Assembly (NCBI GenBank): GCA_002269645.1
Contig: NIVC01000470.1
Coordinates: 1-64,000, forward strand
Direction: 5' to 3'
Source: Macrostomum lignano
Taxonomy: Eukaryota
DNA: 64,000 bases
Below are positions 61,590 to 64,000 of the stretch, one piece after another. The translations under genes and the position numbers were made by a program. How positions within the stretch are numbered: the first letter of the stretch is position 1; every line of letters starts with the position of its first letter. A model generated the notes under the pieces. It had not been told where the DNA came from. It ran no database searches and saw nothing but the letters and a program-made list of their open reading frames with translations.

Positions 61590-61935
61590 TTACATCCCCA
61601 TATTACATCCATACATTTCATCAGTACATTACATCCGTACATTACATCCGTACATTACATCCGTACATTACATCCGTACATTACATCCGTATATTACATC
61701 CGTACATTACATCCGTACATTACATCCGTACATTACATCCGTACATTACATCCGTACATTACATCCGTACATTACATCCGTACATTACATCCGTATATTA
61801 CATCCGTACATTACATCCGTACATTACATCCGTATATTACATCCGTATATTACATCCGTATATTGCATCCGTACATTACATCCGTATATTACATCCGTAC
61901 ATTACATCCGTATATTACATCCGTATATTGCATCC
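61590..61935. repeat. 13 bp minisatellite (ACATTACATCCGT) in POLA2 intron 2
   Basis: Tandem units ending at the polypyrimidine tract. Confidence 0.95.
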
Positions 61936-61954
61936 GACTCTCCTCTCCCCTCAG

Positions 61955-62476
61955 GCCCCGCCCGGGCCAGTCTATCCAACACCCGAGCTGCCCTGTCCCG
62001 GCCACGGCGCACTCTGCGTCCCCGACCCAGCCCAGCTGATTGTGCAACCGTGGGGCCACCGTCTGGCGTTCACCGGAGTTGACAGCGTCGCCCACCTCGC
62101 CGCCGAGGAGGTCAGCGGCGGCGGCGGCGGCGGAGCAACCGAAGGCGGCAGCGGCGATCGCTTGGGCCGCCTAGCCGGCCACCTGCTGTCCCAGTGCTCA
62201 ATGTATCCGCTGCTACCGTCGCACGACTCCCTGCCGTTGGACTATCCTCTGTGGGGCCGGCACTGCTTGCTTGGCGACGACACGCCACACCTGTTGATTG
62301 CCGCTTCTCAGGTGAAACCGTTTATTAAACTGTTGCCAACTGCAGCAGTTGAGCAAGGAAGCCAAACTCCTTGCTGCTGTTTCGTTAATCCTGGCCGCCT
62401 GTCCCGGGGCACCTACGGCCGGGTGCGACTGGGACCGGACGGTCAGCTGGTGGAGGCCGAGGTTCTGCGACTGTGA
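61955..62476 (+). CDS. POLA2: DNA polymerase alpha subunit B, exon 3 (last)
   Basis: PVYPTP, VPDP, SMYPLLP, PHLLIAAS and VNPGRLSRGTYGR match the POLA2 C-terminus (PVYPQP, YPLYP, PDILI, VNPGRLTKG). CCCCTCAG acceptor, phase 0. Confidence 0.92.
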   Translation, partial: APPGPVYPTPELPCPGHGALCVPDPAQLIVQPWGHRLAFTGVDSVAHLAAEEVSGGGGGGATEGGSGDRLGRLAGHLLSQCSMYPLLPSHDSLPLDYPLWGRHCLLGDDTPHLLIAASQVKPFIKLLPTAAVEQGSQTPCCCFVNPGRLSRGTYGRVRLGPDGQLVEAEVLRL

Positions 62477-62479
62477 ACT

Positions 62480-62710
62480 GCTCACTAGGATGTGACCAGA
62501 GTAGTGCTAAGGCAGAGTGACTGCTCACTAAGATGTGACCAGAGTGACTGCTCACTGGGATGTGACCAGAGTGACTGCTCACTGGGATGTGACCAGAGTG
62601 ACTGCTCGCTGGGATGTGACCAGAGTGACTGCTCACTGGGATGTGACCAGAGTGACTGCTCACTATGATGTGACCATAGTAGGGCTGATTCAGAGTGACT
62701 GCTCACTGAG
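62480..62710. repeat. 27 bp minisatellite (GTGACTGCTCACTGGGATGTGACCAGA) in the presumed POLA2 3' UTR
   Basis: Tandem units start just after the stop codon. Confidence 0.93.
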
Positions 62711-63159
62711 GACACCGGAACAGCTTCCTTTATTAACTAGTGCATATACTTTATTAAAAAAAGAATCTTTTTATTGTAATTTTGTATCTAAGTGTTGCAT
62801 TTGGTTTTGGGTTGAGTTGTCAAGCATTCTCCAGCTTTGTCTATTGTATTGTATTGTTTATAAATTTTAATAATGCGGCATTTTTAATTACCTAAACTTT
62901 CTACTAACAGTAGTTAAACTTATTGCTCTAAGCTTTATAGTCTCTGTAATTAGTTTAAGTTGTCGATTTCCACTGGCATTTCTATTTCAATTTATTCTGC
63001 GAGTACCCAAAATAAATGTATTGGCATTTCTCTTTGCGTGTTCTATGAATATCCTGTTTTTTATTTTCCCTGTCAAAGGTGCGAGTTATTCATAGTCAGC
63101 TTTGAATAGATAAGTTAACACCGCGTTTTCTTAATTATAGATTCTAGGCATAATTTTAC

Positions 63160-64000
63160 ATTGTCTTCTTCTCTCGCTTCTCTTCTACCGATTCTGTCCC
63201 AATTTTCTCGCCATTTTCTCTTATCTCCCTTCCCTTTCCTTTTGACTTTGTATCTCCCCTTTACCCCTCTCCCTTCCCCTCACCCTCTCTCCCTTCCCCT
63301 CACCCTCTCTCCCTTCCCCTCACCCCTCTCCCTTCCCCTCACCCCTCTCCCTTCCCCTCACCCCTCTCTCTTCCCCTAACCCCCTCTCCCCCTCGCCTCT
63401 TTCTCTCCCCCTTCCCCTCACCCCTCTCCCTTCCCCTCACCCTCTCTCCCTTCCCCTCACCCTCTCTCCCTTTTCCTCACCCTTCTCTCCCTTCTCCTCA
63501 CCCTCTCTCCCTTCCCCTCACCCTCTCTCCCCCTCGCCTCTTTCTCTCCCCCTTCCCCTCACTCCCTCTCCCTTCCCCTCACCCTCTCTCACTTTTCCTC
63601 ACCCTTCTCTCCCTTTTCGTCACCCTCCCTCTCCTCCTGACCCCTCTCTCCCTTCTCCTCACCCTCTATCCCTTCCCCTCACCCCTCTCCCTTGCCCTCA
63701 CCCTCTCTGCCTTCCCCTCGCCTCTCTCTTCCTTCCCCTCACCCCTCTCCCTTGCTCTCACCCTCTCTGCCTTCCCCTCGCATCTCTCTTCCTTCCACTC
63801 ACCCCTCTCTCATTTCCTCACCCTTCTCTCCCTTTTCCTCACCCTTCTCTCCCTTTTCCTCACCCTTCTCTCCCTTTTCCTCACCCTTCTCTCCCTTCCC
63901 CTCACCCTTCTCTCCCTTCCCCTCACCCTCTCTCCCTTCCCCTCACCCTCTCTATGTTCCTCTCACCCTCTCTCCGTTCCCCTCACCCTCTGTCCGTTCC
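63160..64000. repeat. Polypyrimidine minisatellite of about 20-21 bp (CCCTCACCCTCTCTCCCTTC), running off the window end
   Basis: Directly visible. Confidence 0.95.

Noticed and set aside
51328-62476. CFAP144-POLA2 operon
   Set aside because: They are on the same strand but 6.5 kb apart, with a polyA signal after CFAP144 and a CpG-containing promoter-like zone at about 53.3-53.9 kb; there is no positive evidence.

Overview
This is eukaryotic (invertebrate animal) genomic DNA, not prokaryotic. It has GC-rich spliced exons, long introns filled with private minisatellites, and interstitial TTAGGG. The style resembles a spiralian such as a free-living flatworm, but that is a low-confidence guess. 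Four spliced genes were rebuilt by hand with phase-compatible GT-AG junctions: RPIA (minus, 5 exons, 7688-16552, 246 aa), a ladybird/Lbx homeobox gene (plus, 2 exons, 42632-46782), CFAP144/FAM183 (plus, 4 exons, 51328-52418, 142 aa) and POLA2 (plus, 3 exons, 58963-62476, 545 aa). Most long ORFs in the supplied track are artefacts of tandem repeats. Three non-genic systems stand out. (1) An 11.6-kb head-to-tail trimer of non-autonomous Helitron-like elements (A|TC at 18861 to hairpin-CTAG|T at 30511). Each copy carries a tRNA-like A/B-box cassette followed by a different amplified minisatellite. The trimer also holds TTAGGG tracts and stacked terminator hairpins. (2) A dispersed LTR-like family followed by arrays of 2-3 tRNA-Leu primer-binding-site-like motifs with variable spacers; the Helitron trimer inserted into one copy. 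(3) Sharply bounded, almost CpG-free, TpA-rich domains at the 5' ends of the two housekeeping genes and at the window start. All counts and compositions are by eye and need computation.
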